64,000 bases of DNA from an uncultured Actinomycetes bacterium. GTDB taxonomy: Bacteria; Actinomycetota; Actinomycetes; Streptosporangiales; Streptosporangiaceae. Under the pieces are notes generated by a model. It saw only the letters and a program-made list of their open reading frames with translations, was not told the origin of the DNA and did no database searches. Position numbers and translations under genes: made by a program. Below, in pieces: positions 17,535 to 26,632 of the stretch (positions are counted from its first letter, which is position 1; each line of letters begins with the position of its first letter). The stretch covers positions 65,116 through 129,115 of the forward strand of contig CAVUNO010000007.1 of NCBI GenBank assembly GCA_963742875.1, given 5' to 3'.

Positions 17535-18056
17535 CCGCACAGTCAGGGGACGCCGCCCGTCCTCCAGGTAGACCAGCCCGCGGCCCGCGCACGCCGCACG
17601 GACGCGCCGCCGGATCGGGCCCCGGAGCAGGGGGAGGGCCTCGGCCAGTTCCGCCAGCCGGTACTCGGCGATCTCCTCCTGCTGCAGCACGATGGCGTTC
17701 AGGCGCTTGCGGCCGAGCGCGCCGCAGTCGAACAGGAACCGGACGCCACCCGCCCGGCCGGGGTGCGGGCGGCGGAAGTCCATGCAGGCCAGCCTGCCAT
17801 GGCTCACCTCGAGCCCGCACTCCTCGCGCACCTCGCGCCGGCACGCCTCCCACGGCGTCTCCCCGTCCGCCTCCATTACGCCGCCCGGAATCGTCCAGCC
17901 CGTCTTGTAGGTCGGCTTGAGGATGAGCAGGCGCCTTTCGCGGTCGAAGATCAGCGCCCCGGCCGACACCGGGATGGCCGGGAGCGCGGGGGCCTGCTGG
18001 CCCGGGCCCGCCGCCGGCCCGTGGTCCGGGCCGGCCCAGTCTCCGCCACCGCTCAT
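17193..18056 (-). CDS. NUDIX hydrolase; 3' end uncertain
   Basis: Nudix box GGVMEADGETPWEACRREVREECGL. ATG at 18056. The last 342 nt of the ORF overlap ppk2 antisense (17193-17534) with low-complexity translation, so the real stop is probably near 17540. Confidence 0.7.
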   Translation of the reverse strand: MSGGGDWAGPDHGPAAGPGQQAPALPAIPVSAGALIFDRERRLLILKPTYKTGWTIPGGVMEADGETPWEACRREVREECGLEVSHGRLACMDFRRPHPGRAGGVRFLFDCGALGRKRLNAIVLQQEEIAEYRLAELAEALPLLRGPIRRRVRAACAGRGLVYLEDGRRPLTVRLAGRHARVHPGGVVRHVRLHVPRRADITLGRRPGRKAQRRELHVVVRDRAEQVRDHIDPGPPLVVTFHDVPRRLRDVGVHEHLVLGTRIVLPPGDGLKIHRGQLPPAHRIVQP

Positions 18057-18174
18057 GACGGACACGTTAATGCTCACGAGACTGTGGGCGAAGCGTGACC
18101 TTGCTGCCGGAACGTGACCTGCACCGCCCGGAGGCAACGGCGCGAGAGCGCCCGGCGGGTGTATAAGGAACTGT

Positions 18175-18528
18175 GTGGGCCTGCTGCGAGCGTCGGTGAC
18201 GATCCCGGAGTCGACCGGGGCGGCGTACACCGTCGTGGAGCTGACCGGCGAGGTCGACGCCACCAACAGCGACGAGCTTTACGACGTGCTGGAATCGGTC
18301 GTGCTGCAGCTCCCCAGCCTGCTGGTCGTGGACTTGTCCGCGCTGACGTTCATGGATTCCACCGGACTGCGCATGCTGCTGCGGTCCAGCCGGGAACTCG
18401 ACCAGCAGGGCGGTGTGCTCGCGCTGGCGTCACCGCAGGTGTCGGTGGCGCGGGTCCTCCAGCTGACCAGGGCTGATCAGCTGATCCCGGTCTACGGCAC
18501 GGTCGCGGACGCGATCGCGGAGGCCTGA
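18175..18528 (+). CDS. anti-sigma factor antagonist (STAS domain, SpoIIAA/RsbV-like)
   Basis: 117 aa. VVDLSALTFMDSTGLRMLL holds the conserved phosphorylatable Ser/Thr context of STAS antagonists. Confidence 0.85.
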   Translation: MGLLRASVTIPESTGAAYTVVELTGEVDATNSDELYDVLESVVLQLPSLLVVDLSALTFMDSTGLRMLLRSSRELDQQGGVLALASPQVSVARVLQLTRADQLIPVYGTVADAIAEA

Positions 18529-19511
18529 TGCCTGCGCGGTCAAGGACCACGGGCCGTCACCGATGCCGCACACTGTTAACCGTGACCACTGACAACCGGG
18601 CGGTCCGGCGGCACCCCGCCGGTGCGTCCGCCCCGCCCGACACCGACGCCGCCCGACGCGACATCGGGCGGCTGCTGATCACCTGCCCGGACCGGCCGGG
18701 GATCATCGCGGCGGTAGCGGGATTCCTGTTCGACGCGGGAGCCAACATCCTGGAGTCCCAGCAGCACTCGACGGACCCGTCGGGCGGGATGTTCTACCTG
18801 CTGGTCGAGTTTCACCGGCCCGGCCTGGCCGGGCGCTTCGCCGACCTGACGGAGCAGTTCTCCCGGCTGGCCGACTCGTTCTCCATGCGCTGGAAGATGA
18901 CCCAGGCCGCGGCGCTCAAGCGGGTCGCGGTGTTCGTCTCCAAGGCCGACCACGCACTGCAGGAACTGCTCTGGCGCGCTCATTCCGGCGAGCTCAACGC
19001 CGATATCAGGATGGTGATCTCGAACCACCCCGATCTGGCCGAAGCGGTCGGCGGCTGGGACATCCCGTTCCACCACGTCCCGGTGTCCCGGCAGACCAGG
19101 GACGAGGCCGAGACGGCCCAGCTGAAGCTGCTGGCCGCCGAGGCGGTGGATGTGGTCGTGCTCGCCCGGTACATGCAGATCCTGTCACCCCGCTTCCTCG
19201 CCGAATGCCCGGGGCCGGTCATCAACATCCACCACAGCTTCCTGCCGGCGTTCGCCGGCGCCAACCCGTACCAGGCCGCGGCCGACCGGGGCGTGAAGCT
19301 CATCGGCGCCACCGCCCACTATGTGACCGCCGAACTGGACGCCGGGCCGATCATCGAGCAGGACATCGTCCGCGTCGATCACCGCTACACCGTGGAAGAG
19401 CTGCGGAAACTCGGACGGCACGTGGAACGGTCCGTGCTGGCTCGCGCGGTTGCCTGGCACCTGGACGACCGGGTCATCGTCCACCAGAACAAGACCATCG
19501 TCTTCGCCTGA
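18528..19511 (+). CDS. purU: formyltetrahydrofolate deformylase
   Basis: ACT-like N-terminus (LLITCPDRPGIIAAVAGFLF) and formyltransferase core (NIHHSFLPAFAGANPYQAA...IGATAHYVTAELDAGPIIEQD). The exact start is uncertain. Confidence 0.9.
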   Translation: MPARSRTTGRHRCRTLLTVTTDNRAVRRHPAGASAPPDTDAARRDIGRLLITCPDRPGIIAAVAGFLFDAGANILESQQHSTDPSGGMFYLLVEFHRPGLAGRFADLTEQFSRLADSFSMRWKMTQAAALKRVAVFVSKADHALQELLWRAHSGELNADIRMVISNHPDLAEAVGGWDIPFHHVPVSRQTRDEAETAQLKLLAAEAVDVVVLARYMQILSPRFLAECPGPVINIHHSFLPAFAGANPYQAAADRGVKLIGATAHYVTAELDAGPIIEQDIVRVDHRYTVEELRKLGRHVERSVLARAVAWHLDDRVIVHQNKTIVFA

Positions 19512-19613
19512 CCGGGAGACGATGCAATTGCACGCGCCCAGTGCCTAGGGCCGGTACGCCAGGGGGCGATACTGAGACCATGTTCGGGCCATCCCGGTAA
19601 GGACATCATCGTC

Positions 19614-20174
19614 GTGGCGGCCTCGGCCGGCGGGCTGATGCCGCTGCGCGCCTTCCTGGCGGGGCTGCCTGCTGACCTTCCCGCCTCCGTCGTGACGGTG
19701 CTGCACATCCCGGCGACCGGTGGCCAGGCGCTGCCGGGCATCCTCGACCGTTCCGGCCCCCTGGCGGCCAAGCTCGCCGTGGACGGCGAAAAACTGGTGC
19801 ACGGCCGCGTCTACGTGGCGCCGGCCGACCATCATGTCCTCATCGTCGACGGCACGATCCGGCTGTCGCAGGAGCCGCGCCAGAATGGGGTCCGTCCCGC
19901 CGCTGACCCGCTGTTCCGCAGCGCCGCGCGGTACGGCGGCCCGCGGGTGGTGGCCGTGGTGCTGAGCGGCACGCTCGACGATGCGGCACGGGGCTGCGCT
20001 GCGGTGGAACGGTGCGGCGGCCGCGTCCTGGTCCAGGAGCCGGCCGAGGCCGCGTACCCCGGCATGCCGGCCAGTGCCCTGGGCGCCACCCGGCACGCGG
20101 TGGCCCTGCCGCTCGCGAAGCTGGTGCGGCTGGTCAGCCGGCTGGCCAGCGAAACGGCGCCGCTGCCCGAATGA
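19614..20174 (+). CDS. CheB-type protein-glutamate methylesterase catalytic domain (stand-alone)
   Basis: VAASAGGLMPL...HHVLIV...VVLSGTLDDAARG match the CheB catalytic domain. The start is problematic: an in-phase-shifted ATG at 19580 would give MFGPSR-KDIIVVAASAGG if one nt near 19598 is removed. Confidence 0.8.
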   Translation: MAASAGGLMPLRAFLAGLPADLPASVVTVLHIPATGGQALPGILDRSGPLAAKLAVDGEKLVHGRVYVAPADHHVLIVDGTIRLSQEPRQNGVRPAADPLFRSAARYGGPRVVAVVLSGTLDDAARGCAAVERCGGRVLVQEPAEAAYPGMPASALGATRHAVALPLAKLVRLVSRLASETAPLPE

Positions 20175-22108
20175 TGACCCGGCGCCAGATTAGTGCCCCG
20201 CCGCCCGCCGCCCGGAAGCGTACGCTTTCGTACGTGACCTCGCCTGACTTTAAGCCAGCCTTCGACGACCTTCTGCTGATGCTCAAGGAAACGCGGGGAT
20301 TCGACTTCACCGGGTACAAACCGTCGACGCTGCAGCGGCGGATATACCGCCGCATGGCGGCGCTTGACCTGTCGACCTTCGGTGAGTACCGCGATTACCT
20401 TGAGCTGCAGCCCGAGGAGTTCACGGAACTCTTCAACAGCATGCTCATTAACGTCACGAGTTTCTTCCGGGACCCGACGGCGTGGCGGGTGCTGAGCGAG
20501 AAGGTAGTACCGGAACTGCTGTCGGCCAAGGGGTCACAGGCGCCGGTACGTGTCTGGAGTGCTGGATGTGCCACCGGTGAGGAGGCGTACACCCTCGCCA
20601 TGATCCTGACCGAAGCCATGGGGCCCGATCAATTCCGCGCCCGGGTAAAGATCTACGCGACTGACCTGGATGAAGACGCCTTGCAGCAGGCTCGCTACGG
20701 GGTCTATGACGCCCGGGCGCTGGATGACGTGCCGGAGGGCTTGCGGGAAACCTACTTCGAGCTGGGGGGCGACAAATGCACCTTCCGGCGTGATCTCCGG
20801 CGGCAGGTGATTTTCGGCCGCAACGATCTGACCCGCAACGCGCCTATTTCCCGTGTTGACCTGCTGGTGTCACGCAATACCCTGATGTATTTCAACGCGG
20901 AAGCGCAGGCTGACGTCCTCCGCCGGTTTCACTTTGCACTGTCTGATCCCGGTTATCTCTTCCTCGGCAAGGCCGAGATGCTGCTCAACCACTCCGACCA
21001 TTTTCAGCCGGTAGATCTGCGTAAGCGCATTTTCCGGAAGGTGCCGTCGAGTCGGCGGCTACCGGGTGAGCCGGGTTTGTGGGCGGAGCCAGCCGGACCT
21101 GAGTTGGCTGTCGGCCGGCTGAAGGCCGCGGCGCTGGCGTCGGTACCGGTTGCGCAGCTCGCCATCGACCTGGTCGGGAACCTGGGGGTGGCCAACGCGA
21201 CCGCGGAGGCGCTGTTCAACCTGCGGCCTCGCGACGTGGGCCGCCCGTTCCAGGACCTCGACGTCTCCTTCCGTCCGGTCGAGCTGCGGTCTCCCATCGA
21301 GCAGGCGCGCACGGACATGCGCCAGATAGAGCTGCGCGACGTCGAATGGCAGCGGGTGGGCTCGCAGCCGCGCTACTACGAAGTGACGATTACCCCGCTG
21401 TTCGGCAGTCCCGGCGATCTCGTCGGGGTGGGCATCAGCTTCATCGACGTCACCCGGGACCGGCGGATGCGCGATGACCTGGAGCACGCCCACGCCGAGC
21501 TGGAACGGGCGCACGAGGAACTGCAGTCTCTCAACGAGGAACTGGAGACCACCAACGAGGAGCTCCAGTCCACCAACGAGGAACTGGAGACCACCAACGA
21601 GGAGCTCCAGTCCACCAACGAGGAACTGGAGACGATGAACGAGGAGCTCCAGTCCACCAACGACGAACTGCAGGAGATCAATGAGGAGCTGCGGCAGCGC
21701 ACCGAAGAGGTCAACCAGACCAATGATTTCCTCGGCTCGGTCTTCCGCAGCCTCGGCAACGCCGTCATCGTGCTGACCGAGGAGCTGTGCGTCAAGGTCT
21801 GGAGCCCGGGAGCGGAGGAGATGTGGGGACTGCGGGCGGATGAGACCGTGGGCAAGAGCCTGCTGGGTCTCGACATCGGGTTGCCGACCGAGGTGGTCAC
21901 GCCGCACCTGCGCGCGCTGCTGAACCAGGCCGGTGACGGCTGGCCGGCGCTGGAACTCACCGCGGTCAACCGGCGCGGGAAGACGGTCAACCTGCGGATC
22001 GCCGCCACTCCGCTCATAACCGAGGAGGGTGCGACCAGTGGCTTCATCTTGGTGATAGATCACGTCCCCACCGAGGCGCCGCAGGCGGGACAGCAAATTC
22101 GCAGATGA
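20171..22108 (+). CDS. CheR-type methyltransferase fused to PAS, coiled-coil and PAS
   Basis: CheR core (FFRDPTAWRVL...VRVWSAGCATGEEAYTLAMIL...LVSRNTLMYF), then the NEELxxTNEELQS coiled coil and PAS-like regions. The ATG at 20171 overlaps the cheB-like stop (ATGA). No kinase domain is present. Confidence 0.85.
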   Translation: MMTRRQISAPPPAARKRTLSYVTSPDFKPAFDDLLLMLKETRGFDFTGYKPSTLQRRIYRRMAALDLSTFGEYRDYLELQPEEFTELFNSMLINVTSFFRDPTAWRVLSEKVVPELLSAKGSQAPVRVWSAGCATGEEAYTLAMILTEAMGPDQFRARVKIYATDLDEDALQQARYGVYDARALDDVPEGLRETYFELGGDKCTFRRDLRRQVIFGRNDLTRNAPISRVDLLVSRNTLMYFNAEAQADVLRRFHFALSDPGYLFLGKAEMLLNHSDHFQPVDLRKRIFRKVPSSRRLPGEPGLWAEPAGPELAVGRLKAAALASVPVAQLAIDLVGNLGVANATAEALFNLRPRDVGRPFQDLDVSFRPVELRSPIEQARTDMRQIELRDVEWQRVGSQPRYYEVTITPLFGSPGDLVGVGISFIDVTRDRRMRDDLEHAHAELERAHEELQSLNEELETTNEELQSTNEELETTNEELQSTNEELETMNEELQSTNDELQEINEELRQRTEEVNQTNDFLGSVFRSLGNAVIVLTEELCVKVWSPGAEEMWGLRADETVGKSLLGLDIGLPTEVVTPHLRALLNQAGDGWPALELTAVNRRGKTVNLRIAATPLITEEGATSGFILVIDHVPTEAPQAGQQIRR

Positions 22109-22337
22109 GCTGCCAGGCGGCCGATGTGCACGCTAAGAATGTGATTGCTTTCCGTTTGTAGTCGTTCGCGGATGCCAGGGGGCCTGTTGCGGGATAGGCT
22201 GTCGGTGCAACGGTTTTGCGTCGATGTGGGCGGCGACATCGGCGCCAAGCGATGCGCGGGCTCGTCGGCGGGTACGCGGTACAGGCACCGCCGAGAGCCA
22301 GGCGGAGCGCCTGGCCTCGCCCGGATAGGAGCGGCCA

Positions 22338-24275
22338 GTGACTGACAGTACTGAACTCAGTGGGTTCGATCAGGAATTCGCCGATTTCAGCAGGCGGATC
22401 AGGGCGTTGCGGACCGCCCGGCACGGTTCCCCGGACGTGGCTGACGCTCTCTTCATCGAACTGGAACTCGCCGAGGAAGAGCTGCGCGTCATCCGTGACC
22501 AGGTGACCGAGCAGGACCAGGAGATCTTCCGGCGCAGTGACGCCACAGACCGAGAGCGCACGCTGCTGCGGGCCGTCTTCGGTGAACTCCCCGTCCCCGT
22601 TTTCGTTCTCGACCACGGAGCCTTCATCCGCCGCGCGAACGGAGCCGCCGCGGAACTGCTCGGCACGTCATCCGCCTACGTCGCGGGGAAACCGTTTCCC
22701 GTCTTCGTCGACCTGGCGGCCCGGGCCGCCTTCCGGTCGCAGTTGTCGGCCGTGTTCCGCAACGGCGGGAAAAGCTCGTTCAACTCGGTGCTTGTTGCCT
22801 CCCGGCGGCATCTGCGGGCGCGCATTCTGCTGGCCCGCCTCAATCCGCCGTCGGAGGTGCACCCACTGGTGGCCGCGGCCGTGCTGCCACCGGTGGCTCA
22901 GCCGGTTCCCCCGGTTGCCCCGCTGACCCCGGTGCCGAAAGGCCTGCCCGCCAGCCGCGGCCGGCCGCTCGACGGCGGCCGGCCGCTCGACGGCGGCCCG
23001 CAGCCAGAGAGCGCGCTGGTCTCCGCGGTGCGCCTGGTGGATCTGATGTCCCAGGTCACCCGGCTGCTGCTGGACGGGCGATCCCTCGGTGAGCCGGGCA
23101 CCATGCACCGGGTGGCCTGGCTGCTCCAGGCCCACACCGCCGACTGGGTGATCATTGATCTGGCCCGCGAGGACGGCGTCACCCGGGCCGTCGTCGCCGG
23201 CCCGGACAACCCCCTGGCCCCGCTCATCGCCGGAGACACGGCCGGTGCGGCACCGCTGCACAGCCAGGTGCTGCAGACCGGCAAGGCCGTCTTGCACCCT
23301 TACATCTCGGACGAGAACGCGCTGGGAGTCACCGCAGACGGCCATCCGGTGCTCGCCGTCCTGGGGGCCGGCTGGTGCTCAGCGTCCCTATGCGGGTGGG
23401 GGATTCCACCGCCGGCGTGCTGACCCTGGTGCGGCCGCCGGACAAGCCGGCCTTCAATCTCTCCGATCTCCGCGTCCTGGAGGACATCGGAGAGCACCTG
23501 GCGCTGGCGCTGCGCACCGAACGCCGCGACCGGCGCCGCTCCGACACGGCCGCGGCCCTGCAGGCCAGCCTGCTGCCGCAGGTGCCCGCGCCGATGCCGG
23601 GCCTGGACTGGGCGGCCGCCTACCGGCCGGGCACCCAGGACATCGAGGTCGGCGGTGACTTCTACGACTTCTTCAAAAGCCCCGGCGGCTGGGGCCTGGT
23701 CCTCGGCGATGTGTGCGGTAAGGGTGAGGAAGCCGCCGCGGTCGCCGCGATGGTCCGGCACGGCATCCGGCTGCTCAGCCTCTGGGACGACCACCCAGCC
23801 CAGGTGCTGGCCAAAGTGAACGCGGCCATGATGGCACGGCACGAGACCGACCGGTTCGTCACCGCGGCGGCGGCGCACCTGCGCTGGCGCGCTGATCGCC
23901 TCGACGTGAAGCTCACCAGCGCCGGGCATCCGGCCGCGGCGCTGGTCCGGGCCAGCGGCGAGGTCTCTTTCGCCTCGGGCGGAGGCCTGCCGCTGGGCAT
24001 GTTCGAGGACGCGGATACCCGGACGGAACGGCTGGCTCTGCGGGCCGGCGACACCCTCGTGCTCTACTCGGACGGTGTGACCGACAGGCGCGCCGCCGAC
24101 GGCTCGTTCTACGGGACAGCCCGGCTGGCCGAGGCGCTGACCGGGAGCCTCGGGCGTCCTGCCGTCAGCATCGTCAAGACGATCGAGGACGATCTGAGCG
24201 CGTTGCAGCCAGGGTGCACAGTGCCAAGACGACATGGCCGTCGTCGTGGTCCGCGTCGCCGGCCTGCCCGACTGA
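22338..24275 (+). pseudogene. PAS/GAF-PP2C (SpoIIE-family) phosphatase with two apparent frameshifts
   Basis: ORF 22338..23423 (PAS then GAF start) continues in ORF 23375..24514 (VLSVPMRVGDSTAGVLTL...GGDFYDF...LGDVCGKGEEAA...YSDGVTD). The family C-terminus QDDMAVVVVRVAGLPD* is in a third frame ending at 24275. Confidence 0.7.
22949..22984. repeat. perfect 2 x 18-bp in-frame tandem duplication (GGCCGGCCGCTCGACGGC)
   Basis: Read directly. It encodes GRPLDG GRPLDG in the PAS-GAF linker. Confidence 0.9.
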
Positions 24276-24313
24276 GCCCTGATCCGCGTCGCCGGCCTGC
24301 CCGACTGAGCCAC
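24248..24313. repeat. 2 x 33-bp tandem duplication spanning the phosphatase stop codon
   Basis: TGGTCCGCGTCGCCGGCCTGCCCGACTGAGCCC followed by TGATCCGCGTCGCCGGCCTGCCCGACTGAGCCA. Identity is 31 of 33. Confidence 0.9.
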
Positions 24314-24319
24314 CCCGGG

Positions 24320-25696
24320 CTAGGCGTCGCGGACGTGCCCGAGCAGGTGACGCAGCGCCGGCTCGAGCCGCGGGTGGCGGAACGGCTGGCCGCCCGCGAG
24401 CAGGGCGTCCGGGCGGACCCGCTGGCTGGCTTCGGCCAGTTCGCGCGCGCCTTCCTCGCCGAGCAGCAGCCGCGGCCCGAAGCCCGGGACCGGAATGACC
24501 GCCGGCCGCCGTAGCACCTTGCCGAGCGTACGGGTGTAGTCCGCGTTCCGGACCGGATCCGGCGCCACCGCGTTCACCGGCCCGGACAGCGCCGGATCGA
24601 CCAGAGCACGCAGGTAGACATCGGCTAGGTCGTCGATACCGATCCAGGACAGCCACTGCCGCCCTGAGCCGAGACGGCCGCCGAGCCCAACCTCGAACAG
24701 CGGGTAGAGCAGCTTCAGGACACCGCCCTTCGGGGACTGCACGATCCCGGTGCGCACCTGCACGACCCGCAGTCCCGCTTCGGCGGCGGGGGCGGTGGCC
24801 GCTTCCCAGTCCGTGACGACACGGGCCAGAAAGTCGTCGCCGGGGGGGCTGTCCTCGCCCAGGATCTCGTCGCCGCGATCGGCGCCGTAATAGCCGATCG
24901 CGGAGGCAATGACGAACGTCCGCGGGCCGCCGGATCCGCCCGGCCCGCCGGACGTGGCCGCCGCCAGCTCGGCCAGCCGCCGGGTAGGCCCGATGCGGCT
25001 GTCCCGGACGGTCCGCTTGTGCGCGGGCGTGAAACGGCCGGCGATGCCGGCCCCGGCCAGGTGAACCACGGCGTGCACGCCGGAGAGCAGGTCCGGAGCG
25101 GGCTGATCCGGCTGCCACTGGCGCTCGCCTGCGCCCTGGGGCGGGTGCCGGACCAGCTTGATCACACGGTGGCCGCCGGTGCTGAGCAGGGCGGTCAGCG
25201 CGGTCCCGATGAGCCCGCTGGCCCCGGTGACCGCGACCGTCATCGGCTCACTGCGGTGCACCCTTGCCCAGCGGTGCGCGGCCAGGTCGGCCGCGAGCTG
25301 CCGGTGCCGGTAGGCGAACATCTGGCGGAGCGCCGCCGCGGGCACCGGAGTTTCGACGTCGTCGCTGACCCGGGTCTCGTTTTCGCCTTCCGCCTCGCCC
25401 TCGGCGCTGAACATGTGGGTGTGCCGCCAGGACACCACCGAAGACAACCTGGCCGACACCAGCTGGTCGACGAACTGATGCGGCGGGTTGTAGCCGTCCG
25501 GCTGGTGGGCCGCCACCCAGCGCACGCCGCCCGGCAGCAGCAGCACGGCGCGGCCGTCGCGCAGCGAGCCGGCCTCCTGGCCGACGCGGACCGGCTGCCA
25601 CGGCGGCAACATGCGGGTGATCGCGCCGGGACGCGCGTGCCACTCGAACACCTCGCCGATCGGCGCGTCGACCACGCTTGAGTAGGTAATGCCCAT
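24320..25696 (-). CDS. SRPBCC domain fused to a TIGR01777/YfcH-like NAD-dependent epimerase-family domain
   Basis: N-terminus SSVVDAPIGEVFEWHARPGAITRMLPPW (cyclase/dehydrase-like), then VAVTGASGLIGTAL...WLSWIGIDDLADVY...FRHP. GAGGAG lies upstream of the ATG. Confidence 0.85.
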   Translation of the reverse strand: MGITYSSVVDAPIGEVFEWHARPGAITRMLPPWQPVRVGQEAGSLRDGRAVLLLPGGVRWVAAHQPDGYNPPHQFVDQLVSARLSSVVSWRHTHMFSAEGEAEGENETRVSDDVETPVPAAALRQMFAYRHRQLAADLAAHRWARVHRSEPMTVAVTGASGLIGTALTALLSTGGHRVIKLVRHPPQGAGERQWQPDQPAPDLLSGVHAVVHLAGAGIAGRFTPAHKRTVRDSRIGPTRRLAELAAATSGGPGGSGGPRTFVIASAIGYYGADRGDEILGEDSPPGDDFLARVVTDWEAATAPAAEAGLRVVQVRTGIVQSPKGGVLKLLYPLFEVGLGGRLGSGRQWLSWIGIDDLADVYLRALVDPALSGPVNAVAPDPVRNADYTRTLGKVLRRPAVIPVPGFGPRLLLGEEGARELAEASQRVRPDALLAGGQPFRHPRLEPALRHLLGHVRDA

Positions 25697-25717
25697 CGCC
25701 TGCGGTTCTCCTCTGAT

Positions 25718-25788
25718 CTGACCGGGCCCCGTTAGCTGACCGGGCCCCGTCAGCTGGCCGGGCCCCGTCAGCTGACCGCCCCGTCTGA
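25718..25788. repeat. 18-bp tandem repeat, about 3.9 copies (CTGACCGGGCCCCGTCAG), intergenic
   Basis: Units at 25718, 25736 and 25754, with a degenerate unit at 25772. It lies 22-92 bp upstream of the start at 25696. Confidence 0.9.
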
Positions 25789-25820
25789 TCCGGCCGGCCG
25801 GGCCTGCGTCCCTGCCCGCG

Positions 25821-26267
25821 TCATTGCCGGGGCTCGCTGACCATGCCCGCCAGCCGGGCCAGTGACTTCTCGATGCCGCGGGCGTTGCGGCGGGGAAACG
25901 GGCTGAGCGTGATGAGCAGCGGGATCCGGGCTGTCGACCAGTCGAAGGTCTCGGTCACCTCGGTCGTGCCGGTGCCCAGCGGCCTCAGCTGCCACCGCCA
26001 GCGGTGCCCATTGAAGTGGCGCCAGGCGATCAGGCGGTCCTGATCGTACTCGACCACCGTATTGAGGACCTTGTGGGGCGCGCCGATCTTCATGTCCATA
26101 CCGAACTGGGCGCCGAGAGTGAGCCGTTCCGGGCCGCCCGGCTGGACCGCGAGGACGCTGCCCGTTCCGTCGATGAGCGGATGCTTCGACGGGTCGGTCA
26201 GCATTGCGAAGATCCGTTCTGGGCTGGTGCCGATGACCTTCGTCGCCGATACCTGCTTCCGGTTCAT
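25821..26267 (-). CDS. SRPBCC-family protein (polyketide cyclase/dehydrase-like)
   Basis: 148 aa. The pattern VSATKVIGTSPERIFAMLTDPSKHPLIDG...TEVTETFDWS is typical of the family. Confidence 0.8.
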   Translation of the reverse strand: MNRKQVSATKVIGTSPERIFAMLTDPSKHPLIDGTGSVLAVQPGGPERLTLGAQFGMDMKIGAPHKVLNTVVEYDQDRLIAWRHFNGHRWRWQLRPLGTGTTEVTETFDWSTARIPLLITLSPFPRRNARGIEKSLARLAGMVSEPRQ

Positions 26268-26632
26268 TCCTCAACCGTAGGCTACGGTCGCACAAGTACC
26301 GGCCCGCGCCCCCGTGATCGCGCGATCGCCCCCCGTGACCGCCCCGCGACCGCGGCGCCCGGTGACCACCAGGGTGAAGTCCGTGACGTTCGCGCGGCCG
26401 CCTGTTCGGGGCTGGGCGTTCACGGCAGGTCGCCCTCTCGGACGGCGGTGCTGGCCGGCAGCAGGCCTTCTTCCTGGCCGGATTCCACAGCGCCGGCCTT
26501 CGCATAGGCCGCCCGATGAGCCAATGTGGCGGCGAACCAATGTGCCGGCTGGATCAATGCGGCCGGAATCGGTGTGGTGGCGTAGGTTCACTGGCAGCGG
26601 GGGTGATCTGCAGCGGCGGAACGGAGCCCATC

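Noticed and set aside
20012-20170. N-terminal extension of the CheR-PAS ORF back to 20012
   Set aside because: The extension overlaps the CheB-like gene in another frame and is Arg/Pro/Gly-rich. The ATG at 20171, forming an ATGA overlap with the upstream stop, is the natural start.
21533-21658. 3 x 42-bp tandem repeat in the CheR-PAS gene as a novel repeat
   Set aside because: It encodes the NEELETTNEELQST heptad coiled coil, which is a conserved feature of this protein family. It is not a recent or unusual expansion.
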